DNA of 64,000 bases from an uncultured Candidatus Peribacteria bacterium (lineage in GTDB: Bacteria > Patescibacteriota > Gracilibacteria > UBA1369 > UBA12473), in NCBI GenBank assembly GCA_964459205.1, contig CAYWKJ010000002.1:235-64234 (forward strand), read 5' to 3'. Under the pieces are notes generated by a model that saw only the letters and a list, made by a program, of their open reading frames with translations, was not told where the DNA came from and ran no database searches. Position numbers and translations under genes: made by a program. This document shows, piece after piece, positions 1 to 9,600 of the stretch (position 1 is the stretch's first letter; each line of letters starts with the position of its first letter).

Positions 1-1254
1 TCACCATTAATTGTCGGTGTTGGCCCACTAGATAACGAGTATTTCCTTGGTTCAGACGTCCCAGCCTTTTACAAACACACCAAGCGCGTCATGTATTTGG
101 ATGATGAACAAATGGTAGTAATTGATAGAAATGGCGCTCGGTTTTTTAATACCAAAACCAACGAGCCAATCGAGAAAAGAGTCATTGAACTTACACTCGA
201 CATCGAAAGTGCGGAAAAAGGTGATTACGCCCACTTTATGCTCAAAGAAATCATGGAACAAAAAGACACTTTAAGCCGCGCTATTAACCAAGAACCAGAA
301 CTTATTGAATCCATGGCTCAAGCCATTAAAGACGCCCGCGGCACCTTCCTAATTGGGTGTGGAACCGCCGGAAAAGTTGCCCTCACTGGATCGTATCTTT
401 TCTCACGTATTGCCAAAGAACATGTTAATTTTACTTTTGGCTCTGAATTTGCCAGTTATCAAGACTTTTTAACTGACAAAACACTTCTTTTATCAATTTC
501 TCAAAGCGGAGAAACAGCGGACAGTTTAGAAGCAATCGAAGTCGCCCAAAGCAAAGGCGTTAAAATCGCCTCAATTGTAAATGTAGAAAGCTCAACTATG
601 GCCCGCATATCAGATTTAGTTATTCCCATTAAAGCTGGGCCAGAAAAAGCAGTTGCCTCTACTAAGGCCACTACTTCTCAAATGGCAATCCTGACTTTAC
701 TAGCTTATGCCTGTGCTGGTCATTTAAATGAAGGCCAGCAACTACTCGCGGCCACTGCGGGGAAAATTAATGACATGTTAAACCCTCGTTACGAAGACCA
801 CATCAAAGCCTTAGCTGACAAAATCATGGATGTTGAGAGTATGTACATTATTGGGAAAGGATTAAACTATCCCATGGCCTTAGAAGCCGCTATCAAACTT
901 CAAGAAGTCTCCTACATCCATGCTGAAGGTTTTGCCGGCGGAGAGCTTAAACACGGACCAATTGCCTTAATTTCGGAGGGTGTACCATGTATTGCCATTG
1001 TTGCTAATGACGAAACTCGCGCCGACATCCTTAGCAATGCCATGGAAATCAAAGCTCGCGGTGGTTATATCATTGGCGTTTCTCCTGAAAATTCCGAAAT
1101 TTTTGATTATTGGATTAAGGTCCCAGACGCTGGCAATGCCTCCCCGATTGTGAACATTATTCCAATTCAAATTTTGGCTTATCACCTAGCAATTGGCCGA
1201 CAAAACAATCCAGATATGCCGCGCAATCTAGCTAAAAGCGTAACAGTTAAATAA
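1..1254 (+). CDS. glmS: Glutamine--fructose-6-phosphate aminotransferase (isomerising), C-terminal SIS domains; 5' end lies outside the window
   Basis: Frame 1 is open from nt 1 (SPLIVGVGPLDNEYFLGSDVPAF...) into the listed 387-aa ORF. It has SIS-type motifs GCGTAGKV, SQSGETADSL and GGELKHGPIALI, and the typical GlmS C-terminus PRNLAKSVTVK. Confidence 0.92.
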   Translation, partial: SPLIVGVGPLDNEYFLGSDVPAFYKHTKRVMYLDDEQMVVIDRNGARFFNTKTNEPIEKRVIELTLDIESAEKGDYAHFMLKEIMEQKDTLSRAINQEPELIESMAQAIKDARGTFLIGCGTAGKVALTGSYLFSRIAKEHVNFTFGSEFASYQDFLTDKTLLLSISQSGETADSLEAIEVAQSKGVKIASIVNVESSTMARISDLVIPIKAGPEKAVASTKATTSQMAILTLLAYACAGHLNEGQQLLAATAGKINDMLNPRYEDHIKALADKIMDVESMYIIGKGLNYPMALEAAIKLQEVSYIHAEGFAGGELKHGPIALISEGVPCIAIVANDETRADILSNAMEIKARGGYIIGVSPENSEIFDYWIKVPDAGNASPIVNIIPIQILAYHLAIGRQNNPDMPRNLAKSVTVK

Positions 1255-1342
1255 AAAACAACCCTTAAATAAGACAAGTTCCACTTATTTCCAAAAGTGT
1301 TCTTTTCCTGTAAAATTATTAGATTTAAAAACAAAAAACAAA

Positions 1343-1666
1343 ATGGCCATAAAAGAATCTGAAATCCAAGAGCTCCTTCAAAAATCACTCATCGATGATG
1401 AGATGAAAGACTCTTTACGCGCTCAACTGTCGCAAATGACCGAAGCCCAAAAAGAAGAACTCCTTGGGATTCTTCATAAAGAACAGGAGATGCTAGAGGA
1501 AGAAGTGACAAAAGAAAACGCGCCGATTTACGCCAAGTTAAAGGAAGATATGGACGTTTTACTTTATGAACACCTAAGAAAAGCTCGCCAAACACTGGAG
1601 TCACAAGACAAGCAAAGCGAAGGAGCTGACCTCGCCGCTTTAGAACAAGAACTAGACAATCTTTAA
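1343..1666 (+). CDS. Small acidic coiled-coil protein, function unknown
   Basis: A 107-aa ORF rich in E/K/L/Q with heptad-like spacing. It has no TM segment or signal peptide. Its stop is 2 nt before the next start (1669), which suggests translational coupling. The leader is A-rich. Confidence 0.6.
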   Translation: MAIKESEIQELLQKSLIDDEMKDSLRAQLSQMTEAQKEELLGILHKEQEMLEEEVTKENAPIYAKLKEDMDVLLYEHLRKARQTLESQDKQSEGADLAALEQELDNL

Positions 1667-1668
1667 CT

Positions 1669-3612
1669 ATGGAACACCTAGAAGCCCCACAATACGATGT
1701 TGAGGTCTCCGAACAGGCTGATGATCAGGCTGAAGAGGGAATAATTACTGATAAAGAACTTCAAGACTATAAAATAACCCTAGTAGAAACTTTTGACAGC
1801 GGGCTCAACTGGAGTTCTGCTGGACGAGAAGAGTTTAATCAAGCCTTCGAGGAAGCCTTAGACGAGCTTATTGATGTTAGCGCTCGTAATTTAGTAAACA
1901 CCGACACTCTTTCGCCTACTCGCGAAAAATTTGTAAAGCATGCAATTATGCAATATATGACCTCTTTTTCTACGATTGTTGCAAAGGACATTGGCATAGA
2001 ACGCGAAGCTGACGACGTAGCAAAAGCAAAAAAAAGCGTAGAAAAAATGTTTACTATTAGACAAAGATCTTTTACTCCCCCAGAAATCACCGAAGCATAT
2101 GAAACCAACAATGATGCTGAAGTGTCATTTTTACTACTAACAGATAGTAACGATGCTCCAGCAGAAGTACAAATTAAATACCAAGAACCTGGCAACGTTG
2201 AAAGGAATATGTCTGTGGAAACTGCTGAAATATTTTTAGAATCACAAGCCCAAACTGTAGAAGGAACAATTGCCCATGACGTGCGCCAAAACCGAGAAGC
2301 TTATCGCATTGATGGCGTAAATTACGAAATACAAGACCCCCATGCCCTATTACAGTTCGTCCATGACAGATGTGGACCTTTTACCGGCAATAACCCTAAT
2401 CCTACTAGGGCATACAGACTAGCAATAGATTTAGCAAAAACGCAGCTTCGCATTGCCAGTTCAAACGAAGAAGCCGGAGAAAAAATGGCAGCAGACAACA
2501 TCCCTATTGATCAATTAATAAGGGGCGTACAAGACTCCCCGACCTGTTGTCGTCATTATACCGCTGCTGTAACAACTATTTTTGAACAGATGCAAATTCT
2601 AGCAAAAAGAGCCGGGAATGACCTTTTGGACGATATTGTTGCTTTTGAAAACGATATGTCAGAAATGGCTCACGCAACCGTTGCTTTTGCTCGAGGGAAT
2701 GAAGTTACAGTATCAGATCCATTATGGTATGCAACTGGAGCTATAGAATCACCTGATGCCACCTTTTCAGGATCACATGCTAACTTAACATCTCTTTATA
2801 GAACCTTAAGTAAAGTCCCTGAAGGGCAACCCGAAAGACGCATCTTTGATATGGGTAGCGCCGAAAAATACGTAGTCAGAATGAAGGGCATGCCAGAAGA
2901 AGGAGATAACCAAATTCAACGATACTTAATGCGTACTCGAGAAGTCCTACTCCGCGAAGAATTACAAACGCCCGAAAACCTGATAAACACTAGTGACGTA
3001 ATATTTAAGACAGCACTTAGAATTGGCACAATCAACAGCGACATTGAAAGAGTTCATGCCACTGCATTACAAGCACAAGCTAAATATATGGCATTAATCA
3101 TAGATTCTAGATTAACAAATCAAACACTAGACACTGCAACTAGAGAACAACTTGAATACGAACTATCTCGCCTAAGAAGCAATGTCCTACCATTCTTGAA
3201 CTCAAAAATAACAGGAACAAATTGTGATTACGCCATAGCCAACGCGTATGAAGACGCCAGCAACGGCCTCTCTGAAACAAGCAGAGAGTCTTTGCTTCAG
3301 CAAACAGGTGAGACCATGTGCCTAATTGCAAAACAAGAACTGGCAGACCTTACTGGAGAATTACTATTTGCCGAGGCTAATCCAGGCAAAAGAGAACCCG
3401 AATCCTGGCCTCCAAGCCTAAGCAGCCATGGAGCTCAACGTACAATTGATGCTTTTATTCAGGTTGCCAATCGCCTAGAAAACGGACAACAATTATTAGA
3501 TCAGGTAGCTAGCCATATTGATTATATATTTGAACAAAAAAGAATTCAGTTTAGCAGCTGCCCTACATCCGAAGAATATCTAAGAGACATTCAAGATAAA
3601 TTAACCGCCTAA
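1669..3612 (+). CDS. Hypothetical 647-aa acidic protein with a transglutaminase-like (papain-fold) Cys-His-Asp core
   Basis: A long ORF with no signal peptide or TM segment. The segment ...DSPTCCRHYTAAVTTIF...(about 40 aa)...MAHATVAFARGNEVTVSDPLW has the spacing and local context of the transglutaminase-like core (C ... HAxVE ... DP). The triad would be Cys293/294 (2545-2550), His335 (2671-2673) and Asp350 (2716-2718). Confidence 0.7.
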   Translation: MEHLEAPQYDVEVSEQADDQAEEGIITDKELQDYKITLVETFDSGLNWSSAGREEFNQAFEEALDELIDVSARNLVNTDTLSPTREKFVKHAIMQYMTSFSTIVAKDIGIEREADDVAKAKKSVEKMFTIRQRSFTPPEITEAYETNNDAEVSFLLLTDSNDAPAEVQIKYQEPGNVERNMSVETAEIFLESQAQTVEGTIAHDVRQNREAYRIDGVNYEIQDPHALLQFVHDRCGPFTGNNPNPTRAYRLAIDLAKTQLRIASSNEEAGEKMAADNIPIDQLIRGVQDSPTCCRHYTAAVTTIFEQMQILAKRAGNDLLDDIVAFENDMSEMAHATVAFARGNEVTVSDPLWYATGAIESPDATFSGSHANLTSLYRTLSKVPEGQPERRIFDMGSAEKYVVRMKGMPEEGDNQIQRYLMRTREVLLREELQTPENLINTSDVIFKTALRIGTINSDIERVHATALQAQAKYMALIIDSRLTNQTLDTATREQLEYELSRLRSNVLPFLNSKITGTNCDYAIANAYEDASNGLSETSRESLLQQTGETMCLIAKQELADLTGELLFAEANPGKREPESWPPSLSSHGAQRTIDAFIQVANRLENGQQLLDQVASHIDYIFEQKRIQFSSCPTSEEYLRDIQDKLTA

Positions 3613-3618
3613 CCCCTC

Positions 3619-3647
3619 TTGCCTTACAGGAAATAATATGATATAAT
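3619..3647 (+). promoter_or_regulatory. Candidate sigma-70 promoter with extended -10 upstream of the 1481-aa gene
   Basis: TTGCCT (3619-3624), 17-nt spacer, TATAAT (3642-3647), with TG at 3639-3640. It lies 38 nt upstream of ATG 3685 and is followed by an A-rich leader. Confidence 0.4.
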
Positions 3648-3684
3648 TTATTAATGTCAAAAATAAAAATTAAAACAAAATAAC

Positions 3685-6600
3685 ATGCCAGAGCAATTCA
3701 CCCCTAGTGGAGAAGGTCCCGGTCGCTATCCTGAAATGGGCGACGCTGAACGTACGGATATGTACCGCACACTAGCTACACATAAAGCTCCAGATTTTGG
3801 TGAACATGGGCATGAAGCAATTGATGATGCAGATCGAATAACTTTAGAAGGAGCTGATGAATACTCTGCTCATGCCACTGATGATGCTGAAGAACTCAAA
3901 GGCATGTATGTTAGCCAAGCTATTTTGAATGCTTTCCAAAGTCAGTTTCCAGAAGATGGAGAACGCGCTGAAGAAATGATGTTCTACGCGCTTGATTATC
4001 TTAAAAGCGCACCAGAAAATGCTAGCGGCGTAAATATTGATTCAATTGGCAAAGACGACACCATCCGTATTTACAAAGATAGTTCAGATGCCGAACGCTG
4101 GAAACTTAGGGTAGAAAAACCAGGAGGAGTAGACCTCTTTAATGGTTTTCTTTTCCCATTAGGAGTTGAACAAAAACAATGCATTAGTGAAGCCCCTGCC
4201 AAATTTGAAGAAGCTAAGGGTGAATTTATGGAAAATCCTGTGGAAGGAGTTTTAAGTGGATCAGTTGATGGGATTTTACAAGGAGCCGAAGACCTAAGAG
4301 TTCGTGACCGCGTTATTGAAGATCTTGATCTTGCTACTCCCAAACTAGGAAAACTCCCTGCAGACGGGCCCGCAGAAAAACGCTGGGCCCTTACTTTGGA
4401 AGGGACTGATGCTGTCGATGAGGTTGTAGAAGTTACTCCATTGCTAGAAGCAAAAGCACAAATCCAAGACGCCATGACCGCTGATAATGGGAATGACACC
4501 GTAACCGAGGATTTAATCACCGAGCAACTTGCAATCATAAATGATGCGCTTAGTGAAATTAACAACGAAGAGCTAAAAACTCAAGTCACACAAGACCTAG
4601 ATTTAGAAACTCCACACATCACAGATAATGCTGACTACACCAAAACATGGACTTTAGGTCTGAATGAAGATGGCACTGTTGAGGCCACAGCCGAAGATAT
4701 CCCTCAAGAACACACTGATGTCTTTAATGCCAAACAAGATTTACTTAATCCACAAGCAAATGGAGCTCAGGTTGCAGAAAGCATTCAAACTCTTACAGAA
4801 AGCATCAATCTAGTAGTGCCCCCAGCAGACAGAGACGCCTTAGTTCTTAAATTGGAAATCGATCAACTAGACACTATTGTAACTGATGTTGGCAGCCAAT
4901 ATGACATTCTAGTCACCCATGGTGGCGATGGGGAAACAGTAGAAATTCAAGCCACACTAGACCAAACGGTCCTACTCGCATCCGCCACCGCAGAAAAAGA
5001 AACTCTTGTGGCTGCTCTTACGGAAGACCCTACAGTTAATGTTGACGCTGCAACAAACCTAGAAGGTCTCATTAACGAAATGCCAGAAGATGATCGAGCT
5101 GGCTTTGCAGAGTCCTTAGGCATCCCAGCTGAAGGGTTAGCTTTTGACACTGCAGATGGGCTTCCTTATCTCTTAGGATATGAAAGTGAATCCGTATACG
5201 TCGCACTCAATGAAGAACAATTCAGCGCAATGATTACCGACGCAAACGAAGCCACTTTGACAGCTTTATCGGCACTTGAGAACATTCCAGCGGGCGACCC
5301 TGAATCAGTAATCGCCTTAGAACAATTTCCTAATGAAGTTCAAGCCCTCATAACCGAAACTCAAGCCCTATTAGAAAAAACTCCTGAAGATAACTTAAAT
5401 ATCTGGGATCCTTATGGAACCCCAGCACGAGTTATCCGACCAAACTATGGAGAATCCTTAAATCTCACTATAGATGCGGCTGGTAAAAATGTAACCGTCT
5501 CCAAAGAAACCGCTATTGAAACTAGTTCTCGTGAAAGCATAAAAACCCTAGTAAACGCAATCTCTGATGGGTCAGCTACCCAAACAGAATTAGAGACCTT
5601 TCAAGCAGCCGTAACAGATCAGAGCATCACCGCCATAACCCCATATTTTTCAACAATAGATGACGGGGCCAATTACACCTTAGAAGTAACAGACACTACC
5701 ACTGATACTACGCATACTATCAACATTGACACAGATAACGTAGTCACCATAGACCCTGAACTAGCCGAAGCCGCAGAACCTCTTGCCGAAACCATTGAGC
5801 AAGCCAAGGAGCAATTAGCGGCTGTAAGAACTGCCATCGAGGCCCAAACTGATTCCAATTTAGTCGCCACAACTGATGTTGCTGAATTAAACGCCACTAT
5901 TTTGAGCGTAGAAGGAGAGCAGCGTGCAGAACTTTTATTTACACTTATGGAAGGTGGCGAAAGGATAGACATAGAGTCTCCAGGAACTGCTTCCCCAGAA
6001 CACAAAATCCCATGGTCACTCTCTTGGGACGAAAGTGGCTCCTCTATCAGCATTGAGCTTAATGAGGATGCTCTTACTAGGACAACTCAGGGAATAGATA
6101 AACGTCTAATGGAGGCATTAGATTCCACAGATAACCCACCAGCTTACGAGGCGATGCAAACCGAGCTACAAGAATACATAAATATTCTACCAGATAACTT
6201 TAACGTACTTGATTCTAATATTTGGCAAGGAGGACTATCTGATAATGATCCTCCAAATGATCATCCTTGGTACAAAATAGACACTGACGCAACCGATCCA
6301 GATGCTGTTACCAACACCGTGACCATTGTCCCGCAAATGACTGATGCCCAAAAAAACGTTCTTATCAAACATGGCGAACTAGAAACAGCTGTAGCTACAG
6401 ATGGAGCAGATCGAGAAGCTCCTCTTCAAGCATTAAATACCGCTATCCAAACAATTACAGACCTGGGAGAAAGTGACGCTGTAGTAAGATATATTTACGC
6501 TTATTCCGAGTTAGCAGCGGACTTAGAATACAGTTGGGATGACCAAGAATTCACACTTACCGTCGAGGAAGCCCCAACAGACATCGAAGCCAAAGCTGCT

Positions 6601-8130
6601 CCTGTTCAGGAACAGCTAACTATTTTTACCGAATCTCTTGCAGGATCCAGCGGATTTAGCCAAATCGAAGATGTCTCTACCGAGGCCATACAAACAGCCA
6701 TCAGTGGTGTTGCCGAAGCAGACCGCCCAGCCGTACTTGAACATCTTGGGCTAACAGACGGGAAAGAAATAACTGTCCCCATCGTGGCCAATAGTGACCT
6801 CACTATCCAATGCCCCTATATTCTTAGCACAAACGACGCCGCCGAAGTCATCTTACTTCCTAACATGGAACAATTTGGGCCAATGGCTAGACAAAGTTAC
6901 GACGATGCTGTCGAACATATAAGAACTGAACCTGAGTATAGCAGTCCTGGCCTCGATACATTCAACGCACTCGTATATTTACTGGAAGCAGAAAATGTCC
7001 CTGAAGAATATCAAGACGCCCTTTACACAGCTGTCCGCGGAGACGCCCCAGCTATTCAAGAAATAACTACTACAGATCCAGCCCGGACACTACTTGTGAC
7101 TTTCACAAGATACCCAGACCCAATTGGCAACTATTTAAGAATTGAAGAAAAACAAGAATACACTACCGCTGCAGAAATTCCATTAGGCGGAAGCATTGCC
7201 GATGAAAGCGACTTAGAAAAAACCATGACACATGGTGACACCGACTACGTAAATGATGAATATGTAAATGAATTTAGATGGATCCGCCCTTATGGTATCG
7301 GGGGGGATATAGAAAACTCTTATCGCTTAGAACGTATAGCTCCGGCCAATGTCGCCTCTGCCCTACGTAATTTAGATACAGTAGCTGAATCCGAAGGAAA
7401 TAGCTCTCTTAGCGACCTTAGTGAGGCATTAGCTACACTAAACACAGCCCTAGACGAAGTAACAGATCCAGATACCCGATCCAGAATTGAAGATAATCTT
7501 TGGTTGAGTGGAACACCAGAAAACTATGGGTTAGATGTCCGCATAGACGGAACTAATTACCCTTGCTATATATCAAAAACAGCTGACGGCCCTCTAGAAA
7601 TTACTCCTAATAGGCATGAATGGAAAACCATTCTAGAAAGCAATTATACACAAGCAATTACAAAACTAGAAGGGAGCCTAGAATTAGGAGTGGTCGGAGA
7701 ACCTCTCGAAAAAACATTGCGTTTAATTCATGAATTGGACGACAGCAACACCCAAATAAGTTTCCTACGAGGAATCGGTCTAGAGCAAACCTCAACTAAA
7801 GAAATTACTCAAACTGATGGAACAAAAATCCGCCTTACTTTACTGTGCCCAGAAGAAAGACGCTATATACCTAACGGAACATATAAGTACTTTCATATTG
7901 AAACAATAGCCCCTGAAGAGCCATATACCGACATAAGCCAGATCCCATTAAATGTTAGTGTCAGCCAAGATGAAGCTGAAAATTTAGGCTTAATAACCCA
8001 AACACCAGAAAACATTCAAAGTGGAACATGGAGTATCCCAGCAGAACACAACTCAGAATTTTCATGGATAAAACCATTCGGTCAAGGCTGGCGTGTAATC
8101 CACGATGCTGAGGCTCCAGCCACCCCATAA
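3685..8130 (+). CDS. Giant (1481 aa) highly acidic D/E/T-rich protein of unknown function with degenerate internal repeats and a duplicated C-terminal module
   Basis: An uninterrupted 4.4-kb ORF with no signal peptide or TM segment. It has recurrent beta-hairpin-like segments (KRWALTLEGTDAV, KTWTLGLNEDGTV, IPWSLSWDESGSS, LEYSWDDQEFTLTV...) separated by helical acidic linkers. It also has two C-terminal copies of a module ending EFRWIRPYGIGG / EFSWIKPFGQGW. Confidence 0.8.
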   Translation: MPEQFTPSGEGPGRYPEMGDAERTDMYRTLATHKAPDFGEHGHEAIDDADRITLEGADEYSAHATDDAEELKGMYVSQAILNAFQSQFPEDGERAEEMMFYALDYLKSAPENASGVNIDSIGKDDTIRIYKDSSDAERWKLRVEKPGGVDLFNGFLFPLGVEQKQCISEAPAKFEEAKGEFMENPVEGVLSGSVDGILQGAEDLRVRDRVIEDLDLATPKLGKLPADGPAEKRWALTLEGTDAVDEVVEVTPLLEAKAQIQDAMTADNGNDTVTEDLITEQLAIINDALSEINNEELKTQVTQDLDLETPHITDNADYTKTWTLGLNEDGTVEATAEDIPQEHTDVFNAKQDLLNPQANGAQVAESIQTLTESINLVVPPADRDALVLKLEIDQLDTIVTDVGSQYDILVTHGGDGETVEIQATLDQTVLLASATAEKETLVAALTEDPTVNVDAATNLEGLINEMPEDDRAGFAESLGIPAEGLAFDTADGLPYLLGYESESVYVALNEEQFSAMITDANEATLTALSALENIPAGDPESVIALEQFPNEVQALITETQALLEKTPEDNLNIWDPYGTPARVIRPNYGESLNLTIDAAGKNVTVSKETAIETSSRESIKTLVNAISDGSATQTELETFQAAVTDQSITAITPYFSTIDDGANYTLEVTDTTTDTTHTINIDTDNVVTIDPELAEAAEPLAETIEQAKEQLAAVRTAIEAQTDSNLVATTDVAELNATILSVEGEQRAELLFTLMEGGERIDIESPGTASPEHKIPWSLSWDESGSSISIELNEDALTRTTQGIDKRLMEALDSTDNPPAYEAMQTELQEYINILPDNFNVLDSNIWQGGLSDNDPPNDHPWYKIDTDATDPDAVTNTVTIVPQMTDAQKNVLIKHGELETAVATDGADREAPLQALNTAIQTITDLGESDAVVRYIYAYSELAADLEYSWDDQEFTLTVEEAPTDIEAKAAPVQEQLTIFTESLAGSSGFSQIEDVSTEAIQTAISGVAEADRPAVLEHLGLTDGKEITVPIVANSDLTIQCPYILSTNDAAEVILLPNMEQFGPMARQSYDDAVEHIRTEPEYSSPGLDTFNALVYLLEAENVPEEYQDALYTAVRGDAPAIQEITTTDPARTLLVTFTRYPDPIGNYLRIEEKQEYTTAAEIPLGGSIADESDLEKTMTHGDTDYVNDEYVNEFRWIRPYGIGGDIENSYRLERIAPANVASALRNLDTVAESEGNSSLSDLSEALATLNTALDEVTDPDTRSRIEDNLWLSGTPENYGLDVRIDGTNYPCYISKTADGPLEITPNRHEWKTILESNYTQAITKLEGSLELGVVGEPLEKTLRLIHELDDSNTQISFLRGIGLEQTSTKEITQTDGTKIRLTLLCPEERRYIPNGTYKYFHIETIAPEEPYTDISQIPLNVSVSQDEAENLGLITQTPENIQSGTWSIPAEHNSEFSWIKPFGQGWRVIHDAEAPATP

Positions 8131-8145
8131 TTATAAATAGAGTTG

Positions 8146-8154
8146 TGTTATAAT
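8146..8154 (+). promoter_or_regulatory. Candidate extended -10 element (TGtTATAAT) upstream of pyk
   Basis: TGTTATAAT at 8146-8154, 21 nt upstream of ATG 8175. No convincing -35 element. Confidence 0.3.
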
Positions 8155-8174
8155 AAGAGTGCTTGACCCTCCCT

Positions 8175-9593
8175 ATGACTCGTAAAAAGAATACCAAAAT
8201 TGTTTGTACTCTGGGGCCTTCCTCAGATTCAAAAGAAATAATCGAACAAATGCTAAATGCCGGGATGAATGTGGCTCGGCTTAATTTTTCGCATGGGTCT
8301 TATGACCATATGAAAAAAATCTACCGCAACCTACGTGCCGCCAGCAAAAAAACCGGGATACAGGTGGCCATGATGCAAGATTTGCAAGGGCCCAAAATTA
8401 GAGTTGGAAAACTCCCAAAAGAAGGGCTTGAACTTAAAAGAATGCAAACTGTAACGCTATTAACTGGGTGTAAAACCGCTAAAGAAGGCATTATTCCAGT
8501 CCCCTACTCTAATCTGCATAAAGATATCAAGCGCGGAGACATTCTTTTGCTTGATGATGGATATTTAGAATTGGTTGTAACTCATAAAAAAGGACGTAAA
8601 ATTAATTGCCGCGTAAAAACTGGCGGCATTTTAAAAACCAATAAAGGTATTAACTGTCCTACTGCCTCCTTGCGAGCTAAGGCTATTACACGCAAAGATC
8701 TTCTAGATTTAGACTTTGGACTTAAACAGGGCATTGATTATGTGTCACTCTCGTTTGTGAAATCTGCCAAAGATATCCACGCCTTACGCGCCGAACTTGT
8801 AAAACGTGGCCACCCGCAAGTGCAAATTATTGCTAAAATCGAACGCCATGAGGCTATCGCCAATCTAGAATCAATTGTAAAAGAAGCGGATGGGATTATG
8901 GTAGCGCGCGGAGATCTAGGCCTAGAAATCCCCGCCGAAAGGGTCCCAATCGCCCAAAAAGAAATCGTACGCTTAGGACTCATTTACGGAAAGCCTACGA
9001 TCATCGCCACTCAAATTCTTGAATCAATGATTAATAATCCGCGCGCCACACGCGCCGAGGTTAGTGACGCCGCCACTGCTATTTTTGATCATGCCGACGC
9101 TTTTATGCTTTCCGGAGAAACTTCGGTCGGCGCTCACCCTGTTCGCGCCGTCAGCACCCTGGCTAAAGTCGCGCACGCTGTCGAAAAAGAACTTCAAGAA
9201 AAAGAACACCTCTTAACTTATCCACATCAAGAAAAAAACTGCCCAATTAGCGATTCAATCTGTTTAAGCGCGGCCATGCTTGCCGAAGAACTCAAGGCAA
9301 AGGCTATCGTAGTCATCACCAAATCTGGTTACACCGCTCGCCAAATCATGAAACACCGCCCCAGCATCCCGACAATGGCTATCACTTATTCCGAAAAAAT
9401 CACCCGCCAGCTCAAATTAGTATGGGGCATGAATAAAAGTTATGTATCAAAAACTCAAATCAAAACAGACCGCATGGCCGACAAACTAGTCCCCCGCATA
9501 GTTAAAAAACTAAACTTAGCCAAAAAAGGTGACCAAATCGTTATTGTAAACGCTGGTCGCAAAAACAACTTCATCTCAACTATTGTGGTATAA
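8175..9593 (+). CDS. pyk: Pyruvate kinase
   Basis: KIVCTLGPSS, MNVARLNFSHGS, MVARGDLGLEIP and ATQILESM motifs. I prefer ATG 8175 over the TTG at 8163 used by the ORF track. CCTCC lies at 8168-8172. Confidence 0.93.
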   Translation: MTRKKNTKIVCTLGPSSDSKEIIEQMLNAGMNVARLNFSHGSYDHMKKIYRNLRAASKKTGIQVAMMQDLQGPKIRVGKLPKEGLELKRMQTVTLLTGCKTAKEGIIPVPYSNLHKDIKRGDILLLDDGYLELVVTHKKGRKINCRVKTGGILKTNKGINCPTASLRAKAITRKDLLDLDFGLKQGIDYVSLSFVKSAKDIHALRAELVKRGHPQVQIIAKIERHEAIANLESIVKEADGIMVARGDLGLEIPAERVPIAQKEIVRLGLIYGKPTIIATQILESMINNPRATRAEVSDAATAIFDHADAFMLSGETSVGAHPVRAVSTLAKVAHAVEKELQEKEHLLTYPHQEKNCPISDSICLSAAMLAEELKAKAIVVITKSGYTARQIMKHRPSIPTMAITYSEKITRQLKLVWGMNKSYVSKTQIKTDRMADKLVPRIVKKLNLAKKGDQIVIVNAGRKNNFISTIVV

Positions 9594-9600
9594 TCGCGAC

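Noticed and set aside
4071-6803. Antisense ORFs inside the 1481-aa gene (4071-4565, 4947-5150, 5673-6053, 6606-6803, minus strand)
   Set aside because: They are S/A/V/T-rich mirror-frame translations of an acidic GAN/ACN-rich coding strand. They lie entirely within a much longer, better-supported ORF and have no independent start context.
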